Shown piece by piece: positions 1-13,849 of a stretch of 64,000 bases of DNA; the stretch's first letter is position 1; the number at the start of each line of letters is the position of its first letter. This DNA is from Octopus bimaculoides (lineage: Eukaryota), in contig NC_068998.1 of the NCBI RefSeq assembly GCF_001194135.2, positions 26,535,312 through 26,599,311 on the forward strand, in the 5' to 3' direction. The notes beneath the pieces were generated by a model that saw nothing but the letters and a program-made list of their open reading frames with translations, had not been told where the DNA came from and searched no databases. Position numbers and translations under genes: made by a program.

Positions 1-1942
1 CACACGCACACACACACATACGCATACATACACACACATACTCCCAAAGGCTCGATAGATCTATTTTACTGAAATATTTACATAACGATTCACGGGATTT
101 GCATATTTTCCAAATCACTGGAAGTTAACAAAAGTTCTTTCTCCCGATTTGACTGCTCTGATTTATCTTTTAAATCATCAAACATCTAAAGAATCTTAAT
201 CTTCTTTTTGTTGTTTCTTTTCTCTCCAAGAATCTATTTTCTATCAATATCTCATTTTCTTGTTCTTTTAAACTAATTTATTCCTGCATTTTAAGAACCT
301 GTTTCTACTTTTTGGTGTTATCACATCGATATTTCTGTTAATAAATTGCAATATATTTGATTATCAACTGTTGGAATGTTGATGTACATTAGTTGATTGA
401 TTTTACAATGTGTGTGAAAGACTACGTCTTTGAACGCTACAAATTAGTTACAAGTTGGTTAATAATAGTGCGCTGGTGCAAATTCATCTCATTGTTTCTA
501 TTTTTCTCTCTTGTATTATTTATCTTAATAAACACTTGCAAGTGTTCTTCATAAGATAAAACAAGAATAAAATTTCAATTTTTAATGAATATTATTATTT
601 TATATTGCAAAATAGAATAGATCGACATTTGTATATTCGGTTTAATCTCTCTCTCTGTTTCTAAAGAAATTCTGTCATTATACCAAATTTGAATATTTCT
701 TTTTGCTGATATCTCTCCATATCTGGGTAGTGAGCTAACAGAAACAGAATGCTGCTGAATTGTACATTATTTATATTATTTAACCTCAATCTTCTTCGTT
801 CTAAGTTCAAATTATATCACAGTCGAATTTGATCGATAATATAGGTTATCCACAATATACAGTGTTGAACTCACTCAGCTATATCACTAAAATAACATGG
901 CCCCGATTATAGTGAAATAAATCAATATTTCTTTGCATAAACTGTGAGAGATAACCAAAGCTGTGAAACACTAAAACACTGAACTAGATACGGTAACTAG
1001 ACTGATTTCTCACTATTGTCAGCTCAAAGCCACCTACGATTACCTTTCACCTGTCCAGACCGAATAAATTACATATCAGCAGAACCAGTAATATACTGAA
1101 TTAAGTGTAATCAACAAAACCTCAAACTTTACAAAACTAGTCAATCAGTATGTCAATCAACAACATATTCTCTGGTATACAAATGGTTAATACTAGTTCT
1201 AGTTTGTCATTTTATTTTGTTCCATTGACCTGGAAGTTAGGAAATGATATCACTTCATGCCAGAACTAAATTTATCGTCATCGTTAATTTTGTCTTTCCT
1301 GAACTGTAACGCTACCGACTGACAAAGTTAATCTCTTTAAAGAATAAACAAGAGCTGTATACGTTCATAGAACGTAAATGTTATATTTATACCATTCATC
1401 TTATAGCTACCCTTCTATGGCTACACAACAGATAACATGATATCTAGTGTATTAAAATAATCTAATTAAAAATAGAATTGTGTGTAACATGGCTGAAAAC
1501 AAAATGTATTGAATTATAAGGTCTCCTATCATAACCTTAAGTCAACCGAGGGTTTATGAATCAAATTGGATTAGCGAAAACTGCCTGGGGCCTTGTCAAT
1601 TCTGTTTTGAAATTGAAGTCTTCGTCATCACTTCCTTCAATTCTACTGTCGATGGATAAGTTTAGCGAAGTCCATTTTCTGTTGCGAACATTTGCATCAT
1701 ATCTCAATATGATGATAACTTCTCTTCCTTCAACCAGAATCGAAAGTATCAAGATTTTCGCCTCTTCTTTTCGAAGTCATTAATTAAATAAATAAATATA
1801 CCCCTGTTTATAGTTTTAAGTCTTTATTCTCATACAAATGATTTTTAACTAAATTCATGCTGTGGAAATGAAAAACAAATATGGTTTTCAAGTATCGTTC
1901 AGAGAAATTTTTTCTGTTATTGTTTAAAAAATAGAATTTTCT

Positions 1943-1976
<34 letters not shown>

Positions 1977-3619
1977 NNNNNNNNNNNNNNNNNNNNNNNN
2001 NNNNNNNNNNNNNNNNNNNNNNNNNNNNNNNNNNNNNNNNNNNNNNNNNNNNNNNNNNNNNNNNNNNNNNNNTCTCTCTCTTTCTCTCTCTCTCTCTCCC
2101 TTTTAAAGTGTCAGTAAACCAGCCTTATCTGTTGGGTGTCCGTCTGAGTGGAATCTTCAAGATCTCAACTCACAACTTTTCCATGTCTGACAGTTACAAT
2201 AAGTGGTACAATATAACCGGATCTCTGTTATCTTAGTGTGATATATGTTGTTTATTTTTTTATTGTCTTCTGTTCTTTTGACGACAATTTATGTCAGGGA
2301 ACTAGAAAGACAATATGAACACTGTGTATTTCCAACCCACAATGTCTGCGAAGAATTAATCGGGCTGACATAGAAATGATTGGAGGATAAAAATGTATTG
2401 AAATGGTTCATGATCACGACGTGAGAATATCACGGAATTGCTTATGAAAACTATAAAAAATGTTTTCTGCTGTTACCATTAAGTTGGATTCCAACTAGAA
2501 GAAAATAAAAGTGATTTTATGCAATTTTTAAGAGTTTACTTGAAAAGGGTTACCATATCATAGTAAAAGCTGAAAAGGTTTGCACTTATAAGGATGGAAT
2601 TAAATTATTTGGCCTCGATAATCAAGCCAGGATGAAAGGAAATACCCAAATATATGTTATGCAACAAATGAATCTCAAAGTTTCTTATTATTTCTGAAGA
2701 CACATTGTAAGATTCTGAAGGAACGTCAGAATTTTTTCCATTCCACGCAGTAACTAGACGTAATGACATCTATAAACTCTCTTAGAGCTATTAGAGTCGT
2801 TCAGTTATCGGGTGCAAAGTGCCCCGAAGTACACCATTTCTTTTGCTTATCTTTTCTTATTACATTTGTAAAAGTAGCTGTTTGCAGTGCAAATACACCA
2901 GAAACAACTTCCAAAATTACATCAGTTTTGAAACCTGTTTCCAGATGAATGCAAGGATTCATAAAAGGATAAATATTTATCTGTAGTTTCTAATAGTAAC
3001 AGCTTTTGTGCAATGAGGCTCGATACATCTGCTAGCAAAAGAACATCGGAACTAAATGCAAATGTTCTAGTGATTGGATAAATAAATCAAATGGTTCATT
3101 TGTTCTTGAGTAAAATATCTAAGCGATATAAAAAGAAAGAAGTGTTCATCAATAAATATCTCTTCATGTAAAAAGAATATGGTTTTGGAATTAACTAAAA
3201 CTTGAAATATTTGTTTCTCCTTTATTTTCAGCTACACTGGTTATATTGAATCTATTATGTGTGTTTTTATTTAGAGAAATGGTAATAAATACTTTTATTG
3301 AAAGAAAATTGTAGTTGCATTGTTGAGAAGAGAAACTAAAGATTACTCGTTGTTGAATATGATTGTAACAATGCTATTCTTTGAAGTAAACTACAATATG
3401 TTAGAACTGTCTTGTTGAAATATGTGTCAGCATAGTAGTTGTTTGGTTTCTCCCACTGTCGTGTGTTATCTATTCAACTAACATCTATAATTTGTCATAT
3501 ATTTCGTTATGGAAAGTAAGTTAGTGGTAGTTTGTATGGGTGTGTGTATATATGTGTGTGTGTGTACTTGTACATATGAGAGTTATATTAAAAGTAGCCA
3601 TAACATTTTTATTAACCAA

Positions 3620-4230
3620 CAGATGTCGTTCAAATTGAAAGTGTTGGTAGAGTACCTCGTTTATTATACCACTCAGCATAATCTTTATAACAAACAATGC
3701 ATTTGCAACATCGTTGAACTCAAATCTCGAGACTTTCTTGAAAATATTCAGGTTTGCACCGAATTTTTGGGTTCTAACCTCTTCTTCACAAACAGTTTCA
3801 CCTCGTCTGTACCATCAAATCATAATCCTCAGACAAACAGGAGAAAGCCAAATCTGGACTGTACGATTGATTGAGGACCATTGGACAGCCCAATTTGTCG
3901 ATTGCCTGATTTGCTGCTAAAGATGTACGGTCGCAATTTTGTCATGATGAATGTGGATTGCTTGCAAATTCTTATTCAGTCCCTTCCACTTATTAGTTTT
4001 TCTAACATGTTTTAGTGTTTCAATGTACTCGCTCGCCGTCCATGGTAAAGCCATGATCCAGAAAACCAAGAAGACTTTGCCAACTCTCAAATCAGGCTCT
4101 TGAACTTCTCAAGCCTTGGAGAAGAAGTGTGATGTCATTCATTGGATTGACCCTTAGTTTTGGGGGTCATAAAGATACGACCGCGTTTCATTACCTGTAG
4201 CCAGTTCAGCAAAAAAAAAGATATCTTCAT
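3620..4230 (-). mobile_element. Decayed mariner (Tc1/mariner) transposase 3' half with TIR remnant
   Basis: Manual minus-strand translation across frameshifts gives TGNETRSYLYDP (TGDETW motif), KLGCPMVLNQSYSPDLA (HPPYSPDLA motif) and PEYFQE..RCCKCI. A TIR-like GTCGTTCAAATTGAAAG lies at ~3625. Confidence 0.75.
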
Positions 4231-4305
4231 TGGTTTTAAGCACTCTCAGTGAATCAGATCAGTTTATCCCTTTTGCTTGTGCCATAGCCTTCCCTCATAC
4301 ATATA

Positions 4306-4307
<2 letters not shown>

Positions 4308-4366
<59 letters not shown>

Positions 4367-4369
4367 ATG

Positions 4370-4412
<43 letters not shown>
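4308..4412. repeat. (TG)n-GCATGC-(CA)n fold-back microsatellite
   Basis: Read directly. Confidence 0.95.
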
Positions 4413-4413
<1 letters not shown>

Positions 4414-4674
4414 ACTGTTAAGAAGTTGCCGACAATTACAAGGATGGTTTACAATGAAATACGCATTTAAACATATATATATATATATAGCTATATAACT
4501 GCAGTAAAGACATAGTTTCAACAGCCAAGGTACTTCCGTTTTACTCCAGTTAACGAAATAATCGACTTCTTATATAACCTAGAAAAATACCTATAATTAT
4601 TTATGTAATACTATGAATGTTAATCATGCACACACACACACACGCATACACACACACACACACACACCCACACA

Positions 4675-4739
<65 letters not shown>

Positions 4740-5691
4740 GGAAGATTAAATGCACATACATATTCGCTATATCTTTCATTGCATCGATGAAGCTTTACTA
4801 ACCTTGTTTCACTTTCTCAATATATAGCTATACCTTTTCATTTATTTTCAATTAACAAAATATGCAGTTTCTTCCAATATAGCTTAATAAATGTAACCTA
4901 TAAAAAAAATGCCAATGTTTGGTCTCTAAATTCTCTTTTCGTATTTCTTAAAAGTCATAAACGTTTTAATATTAATGCAAAAGTAATTCTCTCATGAGAA
5001 ATATACTGCTTTAAGCTGAAAATTAGAAAAGTAAACAAAAATACAATTATCAATTTGCATAGAGTCGTAGCTGAAGACTTAATGCAAAATTTATAACAAA
5101 CAGTTCTACAGTAATTGCTTCCAACAATGAATAGCATAGATTTACTTTGACTTTTCTTCAATCTTTGCATTTTGTCACCACTTTAAAAGGCTTCTTGACT
5201 TCTGTTAGCTCTTATTTAGCCTATTTTAATATATATTTACTATTTGAAGAAAGCAACACAGAAATTAATTGATAGCTAGTAAATTTGAAAACGAATTGTT
5301 CATAATGTTATACTGGAAAGTGCTTTATTATTAATATTTTTTCTCTTATTCTATCATTATTGATGGTTGTCTTTTACCATTTGATTATTTCTATACTTCA
5401 TGGGAAATATATTTATATTCTTAAAAACCTAAGAAATATAAAGCGTCCATTTAGCTTTCAGCTTCAATACATTCAGCTGTCTTCGTTCATTCCGTCACCC
5501 CTAATTTGTACATGGTCTCCTTTTTGGTTACCTCAAACGTTCACTTACCAGGAACTAAGTGAAAGAAATGCAAACAAAATGTGACGTCAGGAAATGCAAT
5601 TGGAAACTGCATACTATCGGGTTCGATTCCAATACGTAGTGCCTTGTCTATTATAAGAGTCTTCGTAGCTTACTTTAGACATGTGTGCGCG

Positions 5692-5736
<45 letters not shown>

Positions 5737-5746
5737 NNNNNNNNNN

Positions 5747-5782
<36 letters not shown>

Positions 5783-6592
5783 ACGCGCGCGTGTGTGTAT
5801 TTATATACATATATATATGAATGTATATATTGTATATTGGGGCATAAAAGTCGACGCAATATATAGAATAAACATGTGGTGTAAATTTTCAAATATCGTT
5901 ACTATCTTTCCAAATTTTTCTGCATCTGACATAGAACTTTTGGTCCGCTGATGTCTTCTTGTCGACCTACCATGCTGGGCTATAAATTTTTGCTAGCAAA
6001 CTTCGACTTGTATGTCGGAAAATACGGTATGTATATATATATATATCATTGTGTGTGCGTGTATGTATTTATGTATGATTGATGTATGTGTGTACGTACG
6101 TATATGCTTGTACATGTGTGCGTGTTCGAGTCTGTGGTTACATATAAACCGATTTAAAAACCAGTGTTGTTGCTTTTATTGTATCCCTTTGCCGTGTAAC
6201 TTAGCAGTCAGACACAGTGCATTCACATTTGCAGCTGGAACACTCTCAAACTATATATCATAACACTTCCTTTCCTTAGTTATCCCTCAGAATTAGAAAA
6301 CATCTGTTCATTTGATTCTTTACTGTTTTATAATTTATTGTGTCAGTGGTTTCTCAGGCTACGAATAGGCATACTCGATAGGGCGTGGTAAAAAATGCAT
6401 TTATGCATATATTCCAGTTCTTTACCTTCTGAATTCAAATGCTACTACTTTTTATCATGTTGGAGGTCAACAAAATAAAAGCAATGGGGTCGATGGCACT
6501 GAGTAACTCCCGCAGCTCTGAATTGCTGGCCCCATTCCAATCAAGAGCCATTATTCTACTTTATTTTTGTTATTGGATTTCTGTCTTGCTGG

Positions 6593-6792
6593 ATTCTTTT
6601 CTTCTCTAGGCACAAGGCTCGAAATTTTTAGGGCAGGTAGCCAGTCGATTAGATCGACTATAGTACACAACTGGTACTTAATTCATCGACCCCGAAGGGA
6701 TGAAAGGCAAAGTCGACCTCGGCGGAATTTGAACTCAGAACGTAACGGCAGACGAAATACCGGCGTGCTAACGTTTCTGCCAGCTCGCCGCC
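6593..6792 (-). mobile_element. tRNA-derived SINE family A, young copy with 14-bp TSD
   Basis: A-box TGGCAGAAACGTTAG, B-box GTTCAAATTCC and core GTCGACTTTGCCTTTCATCCCTTCGGGGTCGAT (Meta/MESC-like, from memory). TSD TGTCTTGCTGGATT at 6582-6595 and 6796-6809. Confidence 0.9.
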
Positions 6793-6976
6793 CTTTGTCT
6801 TGCTGGATTACTACCTTCAACGGTTTTAAACAATCATACCTTCAGTGTTTAAAATTGTTGTTTAATTTCTCGATTTATATATATCTAGTGGTATAGTAGC
6901 GCTTTGCATAAAATGAGAATATATTTCTGAGCCAAAAAGTTTATGAGTTTCAAACCGGAGTTATATTTTAATAACC

Positions 6977-7119
6977 TTTTCCATTATAAACGCAAGGCCT
7001 GAAATGGAAAAAATTAGAGGATGGAGCTAGTCGATTACATCGACTCTTGTATTTAACTGGTACTTATCATATCGATTCCGAAAGGAACTTGATCTCAGAA
7101 CGTAAAGACGGGCGAAATG
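6977..7119 (-). mobile_element. SINE family A, deleted copy
   Basis: Aligns by eye to the 6593-6792 copy, with an internal deletion. Confidence 0.75.
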
Positions 7120-7789
7120 ATAATTGATGAACACAGGAATTAAAAATCAAAATATATGTATTAAAATTAGTCTATGTATGTATGTGGGGGCGTCAGTGTG
7201 TGTGTGTGTGTGTGTGTGTGCGTATTTATGTATTTACATTATTGTCTGAAAGTATTTTATTAAAATCAACCAAGTAAAATACATACATATATACATACAT
7301 ATGTATGTATATAAATACACACACACATACATATATATGTATATATATATATANNNNNNNNNNNNNNNNNNNNNNNNNNNNNNNNNNNNNNNNNNNNNNN
7401 NNNNNNNNNNNNNNNNNNNNNNNNNNNNNNNNNNNNNNNNNNNNNNNNNNNNNNNNNNNNNNNNNNNNNNNNNNNNNNNNNNNNNNNNNNNNNNNNNNNN
7501 NNNNNNNNNNNNNNNNNNNNNNNNNNNNNNNNNNNNNNNNNNNNNNNNNNNNNNNNNNNNNNNNNNNNNNNNNNNNNNNNNNNNNNNNNNNNNNNNNNNN
7601 NNNNNNNNNNNNNNNNNNNNNNNNNNNNNNNNNNNNNNNNNNNNNNNNNNNNNNNNNNNNNNNNNNNNNNNNNNNNNNNNNNNNNNNNNNNNNNNNNNNN
7701 NNNNNNNNNNNNNNNNNNNNNNNNNNNNNNNNNNNNNNNNNNNNNNNNNNNNNNNNNNNNNNNNNNNNNNNTATATATATATATATATA

Positions 7790-8541
7790 TATTGGAACTC
7801 TTGCGAGGTAGTACCTTTTAACGCCTCCGCCGTTTTTGTCGTCACCTCTTCCACATCTGCAAATCCTGTAGCACCAGTTTTCGTCACCAGTGATGACCTT
7901 CAAAAATAAATAGGTCCACATTGACTTCCACCTGTTCTTTCAGTTTACGACACGCATTCAGTCGGGACTGCTTTTGATCTTCCATGAGCAAGGGAGGCAC
8001 AAATTTTGCTGCAACTCTTTACATTCGCAATTCCTCGCTCAAAATTCGTTGGCAGGAGCTCCAGGACGCGCCAGCCACATCAGCAAGATCGTCAATTGTT
8101 CGGTGACGTTTCTCCAAGATCGGTTCATGAAATTTCATGATGTTTTCTTTCGTTCGTGAGGTCGACGGTCGTCCTGAACGAGGTTAGTGTTCAAGCGACA
8201 AGTAACCATTCCTAAAGCGTGAAAACCACTCGTAAACATGTTTTGCTTTGAAAGCTGTTTGAAGTATGATAATTGTTTCGGCCGCCGTTTTCGCCATCAG
8301 AAACAGAATTTCACGGAAGCACGCTGTTCCTTCGTTTCAGCCATCGCAAAGATCGACGAACAGGGGAGGAGCACTGCAACACAAAGACGCACCACGTGAC
8401 AGTACGACATCAGTCGACGATACCGGCCGGCTAACTGATGCCTGAGGGACGAATCAAGTGGCTTCTAGCAGCGGAAGCCTGAACTACAACGAGCTTGTCC
8501 CACACAGAACGTTTCTGATTTCTTTTGGGTACGCTCTCGTA
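7790..8541 (-). mobile_element. Decayed, internally deleted mariner element with 5' TIR
   Basis: Minus strand gives QRASVKFCFLMAKTAAETI, WFSRFRNG..PRSGRPSTS, RVAAKFVP and ITGDENWCY, then jumps to FADVEEVTTKTAEALKG. TIR TACGAGAGCGTACCCAAAAGAA begins at 8541. The other end runs into (TA)n and a gap. Confidence 0.9.
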
Positions 8542-9507
8542 CACACACACACACACACACATACCTATATATATGATGTATGTATGTAATATGTATTCGT
8601 GTGTGTGTGCGTACAACGTGTAGACAAACATACAGAGAGGCAGACAGACAGACAGACAGATAGATATGTGTGTGAGAGTGTAAAGGGAATGTAGTGACAC
8701 TGATTAAATACATCAACAATACGGCGTAGTGAAAATACCTCACAGGACCGTTTTCTATACAATACACAGACCACATTAAGTATAGTAACACACAATAAAC
8801 TCTCGTCTCTCAACGAACCGATTGATTAAAGCATTCACCACTTCATTTTATAATGAAACATGCGTTTTCTTTTATAAATCTTTATCTTTAAAACTCTATT
8901 TTAATTCTATTCCCTTTGGTTCTATTATTTCCATTATTCGTTCTTGAGTTTGATTGTCAGTCATACAAAACTAATTACCAGTGTCAGTTTTATGCCAAAA
9001 TGTGAATCGGTTAACAGATTGAATTATTCTCAATTTTCTTGCATTGGCTTCTGTTTGAATTTAAACTTTCCTAAAATATCCGTGAATATGATACCCCATG
9101 TAACACATTTGCTGAGTTAGCATATAACCGTTAATGGAATGTGCAGAAATCGTCAAATACGTTAATCTTCTGACTCTTCTGACAGGGATTTTCAGTTACC
9201 CTTGACGATAATTTAAGATACTGAATCCATTTTTTCCTGGTATTACTAACATATATTTTAAATTAATCTAATGTTGAACCAAACAAATATGTACTAATTT
9301 CATTTCAAGATATTGCTAGGAATACGGAAGCGATATCTGACAGCGTTTTCAGGTATAGGCAGCAGGATGTATCTTATTTGTGTGGTAAAAATGAAACGAA
9401 ATAAAATCTTTTCTTATTTCTGCTTCACTTGTTGGAACTACATAAATACTTCATGTTTATTATTCTGTTGGTTCATAAGTTTGAAAGTTTGACAAAACTC
9501 ATTGACG

Positions 9508-9558
<51 letters not shown>

Positions 9559-9886
9559 NNNNNNNNNNNNNNNNNNNNATATACAGGGATTAGCAATTGA
9601 GTTGCTTCTCCAACATACTGAAAATTTAGAAATAGCAGTCAAAGAACTACTGATTCCAAACTACAAATTTTTCTCTAAAATGGATGGCGATATTTATGGC
9701 ACACATAGAACAAAAAAACCGGAGGGAAAAGCGTAAACAAACCAAGCCTTTAGTTAATTGGATACGAATCGTTTCATGGTTAAGTGAATGGAAATTTCAC
9801 TATTCCAATCTTCAGCCTCAATATTCTGATAAATTTGAAAGTGTCTCTAAAAAAATTCACGGTAACTTTTGGCCATGCGACACCAA

Positions 9887-9926
<40 letters not shown>

Positions 9927-11067
9927 TGTTTCTAGAATCACTTTTTTTTTATTCTTGACTGTTTGTTTGTAGCTGAAAAGGCCACTAATAATATCTCTGG
10001 TACTGAAATTGAAATCTGTTAACATTTGTGCAAGGGTATGTGAACATTGTGACACATAGCATTGACTAAATGACATTTTTTTAAACGAGGGCGGTTCTGG
10101 TGTAGTTTAATGCTGTTCCTTCTATCTTACTTTTCTTTTATAAATCCTTTTACGTTTGACTTTTCAATATATACAGAATGAAGGATTTTCTACTAATTAT
10201 ATACTTTAAGAATGTTGAACTCGAGGAGTTTTAGAGAATACTGCAATATTGTATTTCGAAATAATTCTTTTTTGTTTTTTAACACATTATGAATATTAGC
10301 TTTCAGTTTTTAGAAAACTGGTAAAAATCATGAAAACTATCCCGAGTAGCAAAATGTATTACTTCGTAAAATCATATGTCAGCATCTACATTTCTACGAT
10401 AGAAAATTACTAAAATTTTCGGGACAGTGTCAGCCTCAATCTATTATCTGACATTCAAAATGATCCGAGAGGATCTCTGAGATCATTTAGTCTGCTAGGC
10501 AAGCTAGCCAAATTCCCTCAAATAACATATCAGCGATTTACTAACTCTGTTATCGCTTCTTACCACCAATTTATCATCTTGATGTTATAGAGGAAGTAGT
10601 ATAGTTGAATAATGTAAAAGCTGTCTGGAATTGGAAAATAAGAATTCAACTGCCAGCGAACTTGCCGAAAAAATCTGTTTTTGACTTTGCAATGCTTAAA
10701 CTAGTCTATAAATTCCTCAATTCTGCCATATGACTACTGCAGTGGATTCTTCGTCGATTTTGGTGACGAGCACTCAGTTTTTTTTTTTTAACAAACTAAA
10801 ACAAACGCGTAGGCGGCTGAATATTGCGCAATTACGTTGTACACTTACGCAATTCTCAGGTAGATTAAGCGTACTGAGCAAGTACTTTATTTATCGTCCT
10901 TGAAAGGATGAAAGACAAATTGACGTCGGTGGAATTGGAGCTCAGTAAGGTGGAACGAATAGCAAATTTATTTATTACTCTAACAATAAGTTTTCCCATT
11001 TGAAGCCATATGTGACTAGTTCATGTCTCCTGACTAGACCATCGTCAGATTCAGAACAATTCAAATA

Positions 11068-11433
11068 TTTGACTGCGGCCATGCTGGAGCACCGCCTTTA
11101 GTCGAGCAAATCTACGCCAGGACTTATTCTTTGTAAGCCTAGTACTTATTCTATCGGTCTCTTTTGCCGAACCGCTATGTTACGGAGAGTAAACACACCA
11201 GCATCGGTTGTCAAGCGATGCTGGGGGGACAAACACAAACACATAAACATATGCACACACATTCATATATATACATATATCCGACGGGTTTCTTTCAGTT
11301 TCCGTTTACCAAATTCACTCACTAGGCTTTTGTCGGCCCGAAGCTATAGTAGAAGAAAATTACTCAAGGTGCCACGCAGTGGGACTGAACCCGGGATCAT
11401 GTGGTTGATAAGCAAGCTACTTACTATATAGCC
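11068..11433 (-). mobile_element. tRNA-derived SINE family B (CORE-like GGCACCTTGGGCAAG head)
   Basis: Minus strand has a B-box-like GGTTCAGTCCC, an internal (TA/TG) spacer and tail CCAGCATGGCCGCAGTCAAA. Confidence 0.85.
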
Positions 11434-12279
11434 NNNNNNNNNNNNNNNNNNNNNNNNNNNNNNNNNNNNNNNNNNNNNNNNNNNNNNNNNNNNNNNNNNN
11501 NNNNNNNNNNNNNNNNNNNNNNNNNNNNNNNNNNNNNNNNNNNNNNNNNNNNNNNNNNNNNNNNNNNNNNNNNNNNNNNNNNNNNNNNNNNNNNNNNNNN
11601 NNNNNNNNNNNNNNNNNNNNNNNNNNNNNNNNNNNNNNNNNNNNNNNNNNNNNNNNNNNNNNNNNNNNNNNNNNNNNNNNNNNNNNNNNNNNNNNNNNNN
11701 NNNNNNNNNNNNNNNNNNNNNNNNNNNNNNNNNNNNNNNNNNNNNNNNNNNNNNNNNNNNNNNNNNNNNNNNNNNNNNNNNNNNNNNNNNNNNNNNNNNN
11801 NNNNNNNNNNNNNNNNNNNNNNNNNNNNNNNNNNNNNNNNNNNNNNNNNNNNNNNNNNNNNNNNNNNNNNNNNNNNNNNNNNNNNNNNNNNNNNNNNNNN
11901 NNNNNNNNNNNNNNNNNNNNNNNNNNNNNNNNNNNNNNNNNNNNNNNNNNNNNNNNNNNNNNNNNNNNNNNNNNNNNNNNNNNNNNNNNNNATATATATA
12001 TATATATAAGCGCAAATGTTATTTGTGTATAAATGTATGTTTACACATATGTGTGTATATAATTTAAAACCCCCTAACGAAGCACTAAAACGAGCTGCTT
12101 CGGAACCTATTAGTAAATGATGACAAATTTTGGCTGCAGAAAATACTTTAGTTTCTTTGTTGCTAAATAAAGTTTGCCTGGCAATAAACGGAGACCCTCA
12201 GATATGAATAAGTTCTATTGAAAGTAACTTTAAACATCTCTTGTCCTAAAAAAATTGCCGGTAAATATCCTTCGACTCA

Positions 12280-12500
12280 TAGCCTTAAAAGGGAAGGTCA
12301 CGTTCGGCAATGTACTCCTGGATACACAAAACGACAGAGTTGAGCAACAACAATAACAGCAGCCATGCAGAGTTTCAAACGCACGGTCAGCATACACACA
12401 GCAACATACTGGAACCTCTACGGACATCATTGAGGAGGAAATAGGCCTCGTAACTTATTGTTAGAGGACGCTGAGGGATCCGGATGCGGAGGCTGAGTCA
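12280..12500 (+). mobile_element. Possible RTE-type 3' fragment
   Basis: Locally GC-richer, with weak similarity (EGHVRQC, YGHH*GGNRPRNLLLED) to RTE C-termini. Confidence 0.3.
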
Positions 12501-12569
12501 ACAACAACCTCTGTTACTGAGGGTGGGTTGTGGTAGTGGATGATATGGTGATGAAGAGAACGAGAACTA

Positions 12570-12599
12570 TTATTATTACCATTATTATTATTATTATTA

Positions 12600-12632
<33 letters not shown>

Positions 12633-12671
12633 CATCATCATCATCGTTATTATTATTATTATTATTATTAT

Positions 12672-12726
<55 letters not shown>

Positions 12727-12727
12727 T
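12570..12727. repeat. Compound (ATT)n/(ATC)n/(AGT)n microsatellite
   Basis: Read directly. Confidence 0.95.
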
Positions 12728-13849
12728 CATTATCCAACTGAAAAATGTATATTTATTGAAAGCTATTTAAAACTTTTCCCACTTTACTACTAAATCTTCC
12801 TAGGAATTCGTTCGATGGAATATTTCAGTTACCAACTTAGAAACTTCAGTCTTCAAGTATGTCGCGAAAGTCAGTCATAAGACTTAATAAACACGTGATT
12901 TAGTGTAAGGCCTTGCAATACTAGTCTTTAGTCCAATGTTATGTAATAGGTATTTTTTGATAGTCTTACTTAAAACCTATTGTTAAATTACCTTTTAACC
13001 AGAAAAATATGTAATTCAAATATTATTATTCCAGGATTTTTCTTTATTCGTAGTCGTTTCTTAACTCTAGATAGGCCAAGATCTTGATATTAGATATTGT
13101 ACGTCAAGAATTATATTCTTCTGTGCATTCTTCCTGTTGTTAAAGATTGTTGGTTATAGTTTGAGGGAGATTTGGCTGATAACAGAGTGTAACAATATGT
13201 TTTTTGCTTTTTTTTGTCTTCGGTCAGTAAGTGTTAGAAATCAAAGGAAATGACTACTATTCCCTTCAAACATTACTTTTGGGACCTGGACATCAATGTT
13301 TTGAAACTGACCTGTTTTCCATTACATATCAGGCAGATTCAGCGCTAAGTTGCTGAAGCAAAAATATCGTTATAGCAAATGTTCGGCTCAATAGCACAGA
13401 TTTGCTTGTTAGTTGTTTGAGCTTAACCATCTCAGCATGTCCTTAGGTGGCTGACAAGATGTGCGTCTCCGATCATGAGTAGGAGTAATGGGGGAGCATC
13501 ATAGCCATGTGTTGAGAGTGATTCTTTGGAGTTTGAATAAATGTAACAAAAGCAAAGTTTGAAGGAAATTTTAGTCATTTTTCATACTTTTAGGGGTAAA
13601 GAGATAGGAAATAACAGATGCGACCCCAATACAAAGATCATATTACACAGTGTAATTCTGGGGAATCAATCAGAGATGATCTGTCTTTGCCTTATTATCC
13701 TCCACAAAAGATGAGGGACAGGTAATCAAAAGCAAATATGCGAACTTATCAAAGCCAGGTTAGCGAGGAGTGTCGATGAGTATGTTTACCCAACGAACCA
13801 ATCTCTGGTTCACTGTAGTTACGTTTATGAGAATGTCTATTTGTACATG

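Noticed and set aside
5582-5589. CRE palindrome TGACGTCA
   Set aside because: An isolated 8-mer beside a SINE remnant, expected by chance.
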